DNA from: Girardia tigrina
Taxonomy: Eukaryota
Length of the DNA stretch: 64,000 nt
Assembly: GCA_001938485.1 (NCBI GenBank)
Contig: MQRK01219369.1
Location: 10,691 to 74,690 of the forward strand
Reading direction: 5' to 3'
Positions 1-12,223 of the stretch are shown one piece after another. Position 1 is the stretch's first letter; each line of letters starts with the position of its first letter. The position numbers were made by a program, and so were the translations under genes. The notes beneath the pieces were generated by a model, which saw only the letters and a program-made list of their open reading frames with translations, searched no databases and was not told the origin of the DNA.

Positions 1-111
1 CGTAAGAGTAGCTTCTGCCATGTCTACCAGCAAAAATAAAATTATGTAATTATAACACACAAAAAGATATGGTGTCTATATTACGTGTTCTCAAATAGCT
101 GCCGCACCCTG
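1..111. mobile_element. End of a Tc1/mariner-type element (TIR only; rest lies upstream of the window)
   Basis: Ends ...GCTGCCGCACCCTG followed by TA (112-113). The reverse complement CAGGGTG... matches the Tc1-type termini at 8711-8717 and 63866. Confidence 0.45.
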
Positions 112-419
112 TAAGTATCTTTTTAACTTTGAAAAAAATATTGTTTTTAATGTACAAAGTGATTAGCTCCCATCATGATCTAAAAGTAATATTGTTGAAC
201 ATTGAAATATAAAAGTAAGGGAGAAATGAATATAATTGCACAAATTTGTGTTGAAATTTTGTAAAACATTTTTTGAGAGAGTAGCTTATGAATATTTTCA
301 TTCAATATTCATTAGTGATATAATATTAGTGATTTTCTTCAAGCGATTCTTTCAACAACTGTTATAAAAGTATTTATATAAAAAATCAATTGTTCCTTAT
401 AATAATTGAAGACTATTAT

Positions 420-904
420 TATGAGGGGTTAATTTAAATTTTTATCTCGCCAGAATAATTTATTATCTTTTTAATTTAAATGGTAAAATATATTATTATT
501 CAATATTTTAAAATTAAAAATGATAAAATAAAAGAAAATCATAAAAAAATTAAATATCTATTTAAAAATAAAAAAATATCTTTTAATGTATCTATTAAAT
601 ATCTTAAAATTAAAAAGGTTAAGAAAACTATAAAATATTAAATATTTATTTATGAATAAAAATATTTTTAATAAGCAATTTTAAATAAATTTTGAAATAA
701 ATTTTGAAAATAAATTTTAAATAATTTTTGAAATAAATTTTCAGGATTTTAAAAATTGAATCGAAAAGAATTTAATAGATTAATTTTGGGCGAGATAATT
801 AAATTAACAGGAAAATTTGTTTTAAATATGTGAATTATTATATAAATAAATTTTGGTGTTAAAAAAAATGAACTCGAATATCGATTTTGTAACCACCTCT
901 CACA
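420..904 (+). repeat. 5' LTR of Gypsy copy A (TATGAGGGGTT...AACCACCTCTCACA)
   Basis: Imperfect terminal inverted repeat, homology to the copy B LTRs, and TGG of the PBS directly after it. Contains about five copies of a 12-13 bp AAATAAATTTTG tandem repeat at about 683-742. Confidence 0.85.
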
Positions 905-1129
905 TGGCGACTAACGATACAATGGATATCTTCACGGGTCAACTGTTACCTGAAAAGTACAGGAAAGGCGATAATATGGAGACATTTATTGAAGAATGTG
1001 AAACATTCTTTAATTTTGCAGGAATAGCGAAGGCCAAACAAGAGACAATATTCGTTTGTTTGTTGGACAGAGATCTGAAAGATCGATACAAAGCGGTAGA
1101 TAAGACAAAAGAAAAAAAGAAAAGATCGA

Positions 1130-1870
1130 TGAAACTATTAAGAATTTGTGGGAAAACAAAATTATTAAGAAATGTACTTCACCATGGAATACACCGATGA
1201 TTTGTGTATGGAAGAAAGAAAAGAATGATGTTAGAATTTTCTTGGATTTTAGACAGCTAAACCTAGTAACGGAGAGACAGGCATTTTCTATGCCAAATAT
1301 GATAGAAATGATGGACAGATTGTATGGAACCAGATACTTCACATCAATCGATTTAGGCAATGCATACTACCAGGTCGAACTAGAGGAAGATTCAAAGCTA
1401 AAAACAGCATTTTCCACAAAGCTAGGACAATTTTGTTTCAATAGAATGCCGTTTGGTATATCAACGGCACCGGGAACGTTTCAGGAACTCATGAAAAAGG
1501 TGCTCGGAGGCATAGAACAGACAGTGGTATATTTAGATGACATTCTTATATTTTCAAAATCGTTGGAACAACATTACGAAACTTTGGATTGGACTAAATC
1601 GGGAAAGCAGGTTTAAGAATTAATCCGGAAAAGTGCCATATCTTAAAAATAGAAGTTTAATTTTCGGGACATGTAATTAATGATAAAGGTATACAGACGG
1701 ACCCATCTAAATTAGAAGCCATAAAGACATTTGAAAAACCGAAATGCGTAAAGAATCTAAGAAGTTTCCTTGGAATTTGCAATTATTACAGAAGATTTAT
1801 TAAGGATTACGCAACAAAGGCCAAGACATTGGAACAACTGTGTGGATTGAACAAGAAGAAATTGTTATGA
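1130..1870 (+). pseudogene. Gypsy reverse transcriptase, disrupted
   Basis: ORF 1146-1616 contains VVYLDDILIFS. It continues in a shifted frame (INPEKC, GIQTDPSK) with a stop. Confidence 0.9.
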
Positions 1871-2177
1871 ATTTAAAAAAAATTAAAAAGTTAAAAATTC
1901 ATCTCGTCCTATAATTTATTCGAAAAATTCGAATTTAATCTTAAAATTAATTTTTAAATTAATTTAAAATCCCAAAGCCATATTAAATTTAATAATCAAA
2001 TAATTTATCATAAAATAATAAATTGTATAAAATAAAATAATTAAATTAAAAACAAAGTCAATAATTTTATAAAATTTTAAAATAAGAAAAAGAATTAACG
2101 GAATAAATACATTGGCGAAATGAATCTCGATTTTTTTTAAAAAGGAGAAACAAAAATACAAATGACAAAAGTTTTTT

Positions 2178-3466
2178 TTGGGTTGTTCGGAAAGTCATTT
2201 CGTTTTTTTGTATTAAAGTAAAAGACAAATTTTTATGACGAATAAATATTTTATTGAAATACATATTGACCATTGTGGTCCAATACCTTCTTCCATTTTC
2301 CTGGCAGGGACATGATTCCACGTTCATAAAATATTTGTTCTTTGCTGCTAAAAAACTTTTCCAGGTGATTTTTAACATCTTCATTTGACACAAAAGTGTT
2401 ACCGTCTAAATAATTTTGTAGAGACCGAAACAAATGATAATCAGAAGATGTGAGGTCTAGAGAATATGGTGGGTGAGGCATGATGTTCCATCCAAGCTGT
2501 AAAAGCTTTTGGCGAGTTACCAAACTTGTATGAGGTCTGGCATTATCTTGGTGAAACACTACACCTTTTCTATTGATCAATTCTGGCCTTTTGTATTTAA
2601 GGGATTCATTTAATTTGTCCAGCTGATGACAGTAAGACGTCCGAATTGATCGTAGTTTTGTCCGGAAGAAGCTCATAAAATACGATTCCTTTGAAATCCC
2701 ACCAAACAGATAGCATCACTTTTTTTATGAATTGATTTTCGAATTTTAAAGTGCTTTCGAAGTGCTTTGAGCAGGTTGATCTTTTTTACTCCAAGATCTC
2801 TTGCGTTTTACATTATTGTAGACTACCCATTTCTCATCTCCAGTGACGATGCGCTTCAAAAATGGATCATTTTCTTGACGTTTCAGAAGCATATCGCAGA
2901 TGTCTAAACGATATCATAAATTTGGTAAGAATATGAGGAATCCGTATGTCGAGTTTTGATGTAAAACCTAGGTGCTTCAAATGATCATGGACGGTCGAAT
3001 TAGATAAATGTAATGTCTGGGCAATTTCGCGAGTTGTTGTTCGTCGGTTTGAATCAATTAATGTCTTTATTATGTCTTTGTCGGCCTCAATGGGCCTTCC
3101 GGAACGTGAAGAATCTTCAACATCAAAATTTCCGGACCTAAATGTTTTAAACCAGTTTTGGCATTGGCGTTCTGTCAACACATCTTCTCCATACACTTCG
3201 CATAATTTTTTTCTTGCTTTTACAGCATTTTTACCTTTCGGAAGTAAAAATGTAATACATGCCGTAAATTCTGATTCTTGCTTTCCATCTTTGATATGTC
3301 AAAAATCAAATATAAATGTTTTTAATTATTCCAAAATTTTCCAAATCTAACCTTGATTACCAACTGCTAAAATAAATAATATAGTCAATGATTATTAATG
3401 ATTAATATAAAAAATACATTTAAAACAAGTATTAAAAAAGATGAAATGACTTTCCGAGCAACCCAA
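2178..3466 (-). mobile_element. Mariner, full length (about 1.29 kb), mellifera-subfamily-like, transposase pseudogene 2251-3288
   Basis: TIRs TTGGGTTGTTCGGAAAGTCATTTCG / TGAAATGACTTTCCGAGCAACCCAA followed by TA. Motifs QCQNWF, TGDEKW, HQDNARPH, HPPYSLDLTSSDYHLF. Frameshifted. Confidence 0.95.
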
Positions 3467-3638
3467 TATAAGTATTCGCTGCTATTATTTACAACAACTA
3501 GAGTTTTTTTTATTAATTGTCACTTGGGTTATTCATGAATTATGAAACTTGTGTACTCAAATGAAGTTTAAGGTTCGATACCTACCATTTAGGTGATAAT
3601 GCAAGTATATGAGATTCATGGATTTGTAATGCTTTTCT

Positions 3639-3849
3639 TATATATATATATATATATATATNNNNNNNNNNNNNNNNNNNNNNNNNNNNNNNNNNNNNNN
3701 NNNNNNNNNNNNNNNNNNNNNNNNNNNNNNNNNNNNNNNNNNNNNNNNNNNNNNNNNNNNNNNNNNNNNNNNNNNNNNNNNNNNNNNNNNNNNNNNNNNN
3801 NNNNNNNNNNNNNNNNNNNNNNNNNNNNNNNNNNNNNNNNNNNATATAT
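3639..3849. repeat. (TA)n microsatellite flanking assembly gap (N 3662-3843)
   Basis: Seen directly. Confidence 0.9.
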
Positions 3850-6800
3850 TAAAAATTATTATTACAAATATTTATGAAATCATTTGCTATGGAATTTTAA
3901 TATTATTTTATAATTTTTATTCAATTAATTTATTTTAACAGATAAAACTTGTGATATTTTATATATGTTACGATAAAATTAGGAAATTCAAATATTTATT
4001 TAGAATTAATTTATGATATTAACAAATTGATTTTTATGATTTTCTCTTACATTTATTTTCATGTTTATTACGTTGTTCTCTTTATTAAAATTAATATATG
4101 AAAATATAATTTTTGAATAAATCTTGAAAAAACAAATTATTTTCAATAAAAAAATATTTCTTAAAACAAAAAGTGAAACATGTACAGCTATATAATTAAC
4201 ACTTAATTTTTTTCATTCAATATTAATCAGCCATTAATCAGTGATTTTCTTTTTCAAACCACTTATAAAATATTTATTGCTACAGCACATCTGCGTTGAT
4301 AATTGAATCATTTTATTAATTCTGTTACACAAAAGCAACATAGATATTCTAAAATATATTTACTATTTCTGCAAGTTCTTAATAACCTTTGATTCAAGGC
4401 TGAATCTCACGAAAGCTTTAACAAATAATTTTGTAATTTGTACTTTTTATTTTGTTTTTTTTAATTATTTATGTTTATTTTTTTAAATAATTTATAAAGT
4501 TAAGTATTTAAAAATTATTTTATAAAATTACATTATAATTTTTTAAGTATTTTTTAATGATGATCTTGTAAATAATTGATCTTGTAAATTTCTTTCGGAT
4601 AAATGTTTGTAAATTTATTAGACTTCTATCATATTAAATAAAATATTCTGAGTATATTTAAATATTTTAAGCAATCTTTTTTTATAAAAATAATTTTAAA
4701 TAATATATCATCTAAATGTTTTATAGTATGTATTAAAATTGTTTTATTTATTTAACAGCGACAATTTTATTATTTTACAATTAAAATTATTATTATTAAT
4801 TAATTAATATTTACAGATTGAAAAAGAAGCACTAGTTACTTGATGATTTATTTAATTTTTTATCGGCTTTATTTAAAGATTATTTTGTACATCTTACCAT
4901 AGAAAAAATAATTAAATGTAATAACAATTGATTTTATTCTGTTATGAAGTCTGTGCCATTTATATTCTTTATTGATTTTATTGACGTTAAGTAGTTCCTA
5001 TTTCAAAATTATATTGCAACTTTTATTTCAATTTAATATTATTAAAGAAAATATTTTTTGTTAATTATCTCATTTTTTCTAGATTAATGTATATATTTTA
5101 TAAAAATGAAAATTGATCTTTATGAAAAAATTGATCTTAAATGAAAAAAAATCTTTAAAAAGCAAAACTACTAATCATCTTTTCTAGGTTAATTATCTTT
5201 CCGTTTTTTAAATTTAATATTAAATTTTTTTGACTTTATACTTAGAAAAGTGCCAGTATTTAAACATTTATGCATTATCAAGTTTTGTAGATGATATTTT
5301 TTATTTATATTTATTTTATGAAATCCAGGATAAAAGGCAAAACATTTCTTTGTGATAAATGTTTTTTTTAATATCTGTGACGTTTCTACTCGGCGAGGAA
5401 CTTTTATCACAATTAAGAAAAAATTTAGAAAAAATTTTCGGGATGAAATTTTCGTAAAACATATACCATTTTGGTTTCCGAATTTTTTATTTCGATATTC
5501 ATTAAATTATTAGAGTCATTATCCGTAGGACTCTGCATTCATGCAAGTATCAAATATCTCATAATGTCACCAAGTTTTTATATACAGAAATGTTATATCA
5601 TCCTAGAAAGGTTGAGAATCATTGCAGTGAGAATTTTGATATAAAATCGACGAAATGAGACGAATAAATTTCAAATCAAGATTGATCAGTTATAAATTCA
5701 GACGTAATGACTTTAAATTTTGTTAAACAGATAAAATATTATCTTAAAACTTGACTTGGCAAGTTATTTTTATTGAATGTTAGGTTGTAGGATTAAGTCT
5801 CAGTAAACGGTGATTAATTAATTCATTTTCCTGAAACTTTTATAACAGGCGTTTGTCATATGGGATTTTCAATTATCAATATCGATTTATCCTAACCCAA
5901 TAAGATTAATGCTTGGTTATCCTTTGAACTTGGAAAGCATTCCCATTATCAATGTTCAAATGGTTATTATCAAAAATGGTACTTAAAAAATAATGTAGTA
6001 TTTCCTGCATTGTTCATTTTATTTAATCCTTTCACATTTATGTTCATGTCTTTCAATCAGCTTTGATAAAAATAGTTTGAAAACATTTGAAAATTTGGAA
6101 ACCAACTTATTTGGAAACTGATCTAGAAGTAAAGAAAAGCGAAGTTTCTTAATTCAAAACATAACTGTATTCAAACATACAAAATTAGGCTTCAAATCTC
6201 GTTTGTTTATGTTATAGATGATAATAATCGATTGTGTATTAAGAAGTTTGTTAAAATCCGTATATTATTATTTTCATTTTCAATTGATGAAATCTAATTT
6301 GCGTTGGTAAAGTTGTACTGAAGTATTTTAGAAATTTTCTATGGATTTCGGGAAATTTATAAAAATGGACATCAAATTTAGACTCACGTCCTGTGTTTGA
6401 CAATGCATATTTTGTTAGGAAGTCTAACACCATAACAAATAATTTGTTTTTTATTAAATATCATCAATAATTTTATATAATGAATTTAATTAAGTAAAAT
6501 TTGAAACATATTTATTTTATTATTTCTCATTAAGCATTAATTACTAGCGGATGTACCCGCCATGCATTTCGAAAATCTGATAGTACGCATTTCACTTTTA
6601 CATGATTGTCTCAAAGTAGATCAAAAGGTGATAAAAAAAGTAGATCAAACGTCATAATCATCGTATATAAGCGCTCAGATGGCTTTTGGTTGTCTTCTTA
6701 TTTTGATATACTGCAATCCTGTTGGCTACTATAGTATCAAAGGTCAGGTTTTATTTTTTGGAAAAGAATTGATACCAACCTTTGCCTTGGTTGCAGAAAG

Positions 6801-7342
6801 TTTCTGGAAAGTTAAGTTGCATTTAGTCGTACCGTCAATATATTGTCAAATGATTTTATAAATTAGAATAAATTAATGTTTTTAAAGATTTTTCTAATCT
6901 AAAATAATTTCTAATTTTTTATAATATTTTCTTATAAATGAATTATTAAATAAGTAAAATTATTTTTAATATTTATATTTTTTCCTATTTATTACTGATT
7001 TTTAATCAAATAATTTTCTTTATTTTCGATTTTTTTTTTCAATTATTTTCTATAAGATAAATTATAAAATAGTCAAAACTGTTTTAAAATTATCTTATTG
7101 ATTAAAAATAATTTTAAAAATAAAAGAAATAATCATTTTTATCCAATTATTATTTCTTTTATTTTCTTGTTTTCTTTAAAAATAAATTAATAAATAAAAA
7201 AAATAATATTTTTATTTCTTTATTTTTGCTTTTATGAAAATTTTTAGAATATTTTTTACAAACTATTACGTTTATTATTTTTGATTTCTTTGTAAATACC
7301 TTTCTTTATTTTTGGTTTTTTATGTTAAATAAACTAATACTA

Positions 7343-8717
7343 CATGGTGTCCAGTAGAAAATCAAAGGATTTTATTTATTTCATTAAGCACGTCATAAAG
7401 GCATGATTGACTGCATCTGATAGATAGATATTTCTGTCCTATAATTATATAACACATGACATTTCATTCTTTATTTTGTCTTTAGAAAATGGCTCCACAA
7501 ATGACTGATTTGCAACGCAGTATTATTTCTCTTTTTAAGAAGGAACACCCTACTTGGGACTTTCAAAAGTGCACCGAAGTTCTTTTTCAGTTTTTCGCTG
7601 ATATTACTGAAAATCAGTTTTATGGTGTGTGTAATAAACAGAAGAATATTGGTGTGTCTGCTGCCCAAATGCTTAAGTAAAGAACATGTAGAAAACGAAA
7701 ACTTCACTCTCAAGTTAAACAAGCCGTGCTCTAAATGGCAGTCACTCCAGAGAGTAGTCCTCACCGTCGGCACAGCAGTCAACGACAAATCGCATCTGCA
7801 TTGCATATTCCAAAGGAATCAGGGTTAAATATTTTAAAGAAAGTCGCTTGAAATGTTATCACAGAATCAAATGTTATAAACTGAAGGCCAATCACAAACA
7901 AACCCGGGTTTCAAAATCAACAGAACTCATTAATCGCTATGGAGTTAATCAAGAGTGGAAAACCGTATCGTTCTCAAATGAGGCTACCTTCAACATAAGG
8001 TATGCTTTGAACAGACAGTATGTATGACTCTATCGAGCAGTCAAATTGAATACTGAGATACCTGAAGATGAGCTTGTGGTGGAATTTGATGAACCCTCAA
8101 TAATAGCCTATGCCAATGTACCTTGTCATGGGAAAACTGAGTTACGTTTCCTTGATGGATTCACTGAAGGTTAATACAATGTGGTTCCTTTGAAAAGAAA
8201 GAAACCCATCAACCAAACTGTATATCGTGATGAGATGTGTTCCTTGATGTTTAGGGATATCAGTGATGTAATGGGCGCTGAATAATGGATTTGGCAACAA
8301 GACAGCGCAAAGTCTTATACTGTTACGGCTACATTTAACTGCTTAGAGAAAAACACACCTTAGTTTATTAGGCCTTCTGCATGGCCATCGAAAATTCCCG
8401 ACTTGAATGTCATGGACTATAGCATCTGGAGAATTCTTGTTCAACACTTGCAAGAAGTACTCAGCAATATTAGCACGGTTGATGAACTTAAAAGTGCTTT
8501 ACTACTCTCAATGCAGAACATCGCTTTCAAAGTAATTCTCAAGGCCACAGCTACCTGGATTCTGCGTCTTCGAAAGTGTTGCAACAATGACGGAGGTCAT
8601 TTTGAACACCTGAACAGCAAGTTTATTTATTTAAATATAATAGTTTGTCTTTATCATGTGATTAATTAAATACACTTTGAGTTCATAAAATCCTTTGGTT
8701 TTCTAGTGGGGACCCTG
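7343..8717 (+). mobile_element. maT-type (DD37D) Tc1/mariner element, full length, transposase pseudogene from ATG 7489 to about 8625
   Basis: TIRs of about 33 bp (CATGGTGTCCAGTAGAAAATCAAAGGATTTTAT / ATAAAATCCTTTGGTTTTCTAGTGGGGACCCTG), TA on both sides. WQQD and NVMD aspartates are separated by 37 codons. WPSKIPDLNVMDYSIW and GGHFEHL motifs; internal stops. Confidence 0.9.
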
Positions 8718-9214
8718 TAAAATTCTCAATAAATTTATAATAAATTGAATAAATATTAAAAATTGTTTTCAATATTATAGTAAAATTAATTGCGAAAATT
8801 TGAAGAAAAGAATATTTTTGTATAAGTTTTTATTATTTTGAAATAATTTTTTTAATATATAATGACACTAATATTTTTACAAATTTACCCATTTTTTATA
8901 ATTTACTAAACAATTTTTTATGTTCAAAAATTTATCTGAACTACCTAACAATAATAATAGTAAATAATGTTAATTTTCTCAAATACAATTTTAATTGGTA
9001 AAAATAAAATAATTTACCAATATCTTAATGAATCTTTTATAACTAATAATAATAATAAAACTAGATAATTACAATAACATAAAGATGTCTGAAAAATTTG
9101 ATGATATATTTTCGATATATTGACGATCATGAAAATAATATTTGTCTTTATTTTTTCACTCTATACAATGTTTAACATTAAATATCAATATTCAAAAGAA
9201 ATTATTTAATAATT

Positions 9215-9255
<41 letters not shown>

Positions 9256-11899
9256 TTTTAGTATATATTAAAATAAATTAATCGGTTAACTGATTTGTTG
9301 ACTCGAACTTGATTATCAATTAACAAAACGGGTAATTATATCACATCAATTTTTTTAATCTTCATATTAAAATATTCTAAAATAAATGATTTTTTAAAAT
9401 AACATTTCAATCCTTTTTTAATGATTTATTATGCATTTTGCCTTAGAAGGGATTTTTTATTTCATTAGATTTTAAATTTTAAGGATTCATTCATTGATTC
9501 AGCAGCATTATGAAATAAAATTATATTAAAATTAACATTTTATTTCGTGATTAGTTAAATCATTTTTTAAAAATTATTTTTCATTTTAGTTTTCAATTAT
9601 TAAATTTTTCTATTGAAATATCTTTTATTTGTCAAATTAAAAAATGTGTTGATAACATGAAGAGCATTTTAGTTTTCTTCGTAAAATTCTTTTGATATTT
9701 ACCATCTTTTAATATATTGCATTTATATATTTATATATATATATACAATATTACGTTTTTTAACACAAAAGACAAGTAAAAAAGTTTTTCCATTTAGATT
9801 TTGTTTGAATCTTTTTCGTTTATATCTTGTATTAGAATTCGTAAAATATTTATTTTAGGACAAGCAGTAAAAATATATTCCGCAACCTGTTTGTTAGAAA
9901 ATTGGGAGTTCTTCGATACTTCATTATGCTATTTTGTATAAATATCGCAATAATCGTGCTTCAATCGATAGACGAACTCGAGACAGAATTGAGAGATTTA
10001 GAATATATTTTCATCGGATTTGGACATATTTTCCAAATGTTTAAGTTGAATTTCAATTTTATTGATAATTCCAAAGTTGATATTCTCGATTTGATTGGGG
10101 TTAAGGTGCTCTTTGTTGGTCAATTCATCGGACAGAGTTTGGAATGGATAGCGGGTTTCCAGTGCGCAATTTGGATGAAGAACATCAGACATTGATCAAA
10201 TTATCAGAAAAACAAAAAAATAACAAAGAAAAATTTGCGATAATTTTTTTAATTGAAGATTTTAATTTTTGTAATTTATTTGTTGAGTAAACAAGGAAAG
10301 TGAAATTTATCTAAACTTTTTAATAATAAAGAATTTTTTCAAATAATTGTTTTGAAAGACATTGAATATGAAAATTATCAAAAACCCGACTATTCCAAAC
10401 GATCAGTCGATGAGGAAAAAATATTTTATATAAAATATGATGAAGTGCGAGCGAACTACAACGATTTACTTCTTTTTGGACTAGAAACTTAGTAAAAGAA
10501 AGAATTTTATAATATTAAAAAAGCTGTTCCTATTAAGAATATTAAGAAATGTCTTTTCTTCAGAAACAAAACAAAACATACGTATTTATTATTTTACTTC
10601 TTAGGAACATAACTATACATATCAACAATCTCTAAAAATATTGAAATAATCAATATTACATAAAAATCACAGAGTTGTAACTCATTATTCTGAATTTAGT
10701 TTATTTTTTGCAATTTTTTATGATAATTGAGAGAGAATATGAGTTTATCTTCTGTTGTATTTATATCGTTCGTTTTCATTTGAAGATGCATGATATATTT
10801 TGATTGTCGAAAGAAATTCGATTGAGTCTTGAGGAACTCTTTTGAAATCACTGCTGTATAATAGCAACGAATATATTAAATATCACTATTATTATCAAAT
10901 TTTAATTAAAGTTTGATTTAGTTATGATAGGGTTTGACAAATTGTGTCTCGCTGATCTCTTCTGTCAAATTTACTCTGAAATGTTCTTATGTTAATTAAA
11001 ATAATGCTTTTATCTGTCTTATTAATTATTTCAACTATAAGTGTTTTCCATTTGATGATGAACGTTTTTGATTTTTAAGTATATTTCTATTGATAAAATA
11101 TTTTTCTGTCTGGTTCTTTCATTATTACCAAACATTAAACACAAGAATCTTACTAACATCAAATAAATATAAATAATAGTCAAGAAATAGTTGACAATAG
11201 ACTTTACTTTTCGAAGGATTAATGAAATTGGTATATGATCAAAAACAAGTTGAGGAGAACCCATGTTTTAATAAATGTCGCCCATCAATTACTCTATTTG
11301 TATATAACTGTTTTATGATTTTTGGGTATTTTCAATTTCTTATTTATTTAATTTAGAAAATTAAGAATTTTAATATTCATCTTGTTATTATAATTTGAAA
11401 TAAATATTTTCTTCAAATAAAAAATTATGTACAGATATGAAATTTAATTGTGAAGTTAGAATTTTCCCTGAAGATTATTATCATTTTGACAAGTTTACAA
11501 TATTTAATTTAAAATAATTACATTCTACTAATATTGTTTATAATGAATTTAACAAAGTATAGTTAATTTAAAATCAGAAGATTTTTAAATTAATATATTT
11601 ACTAATATGAGGGTTACCGGTCTTTTCAGTGCCGCAAGGGTAATCAACTGGTAGTCAATATGTTAGTACTCAGAAATCACAATACCCATATGAAAACATA
11701 GTTTTAAACAAATAATTATTATCACTCGCTGTTATGTTATTTTTATATGTAACAAAACACTATCGTTATTTATCATAAAAAATTTTAGTTTAGAGGAATT
11801 TACTTTATGGGAAATCTATTGGGATTGCCCTTGTTAAATCATTATTCTGTAAAAGTTTCAAAAGTTACTTCTATATTTTTCACTTAATCATTTTTTTAG

Positions 11900-12116
11900 G
11901 TATGGCGATTGGATACTATAGTTGGAATGATGTTTCACGGAATGCCGATGTCAAGCACCGATACAAATATAATGGTCCATACTTGTGATCAGGAATTGTG
12001 TATTCGACCCCAGCACCTTCGGTTTAAAGCTAGCTCAGTTGCATTAGTGGTTGTTTTGAAAGCACTCCAACAAACCGGTTATTCAATTATTCCACCTCAA
12101 GAAGATTCTTTTTCCA
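11900..12116 (+). CDS. nfi: NFI/CTF-like transcription factor, exon encoding the C-terminal part of the DNA-binding (MH1-like) domain
   Basis: ttttttag|GTA...TCCA|gtaatt. Translates VWRLDTIVGMMFHGMPMSSTDTNIMVHTCDQELCIRPQHL versus canonical NFI [43 protein letters not shown]. Phase 0 to 1. Confidence 0.85.
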
Positions 12117-12188
12117 GTAATTTCTTGTTTGTTTTAGTGCACCATTTATTCATAAAGGAAAATTTAGGAATTTATAAGCTGTATTACA

Positions 12189-12223
<35 letters not shown>

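Larger units (their letters stand above)
420..1870 (+). mobile_element. Ty3/Gypsy LTR retrotransposon copy A: 5' LTR, PBS, gag N-terminus fused by deletion to RT; 3' part lost
   Basis: LTR 420-904 shares both ends with the LTRs at 56655 and 57979-58160. PBS-like TGGCGACTAACG at 905. Gag-like PEKYRKGDNMETFIEECETFF. RT motifs SPWNTP, LDFRQLN, IDLGNAYYQ, KTAF, RMPFG, YLDD, LRSFLGICNYYRRFI, with frameshift and stops after about 1590. Confidence 0.92.

Noticed and set aside
5640-5710. EMRRI resembling NFI KMRRI
   Set aside because: An in-frame stop lies just upstream, and there is no DCL and no suitable splice sites.
11966-12025. Stand-alone HNH or homing endonuclease gene
   Set aside because: The motif is embedded in a spliced NFI-like exon and lacks the catalytic Asn.
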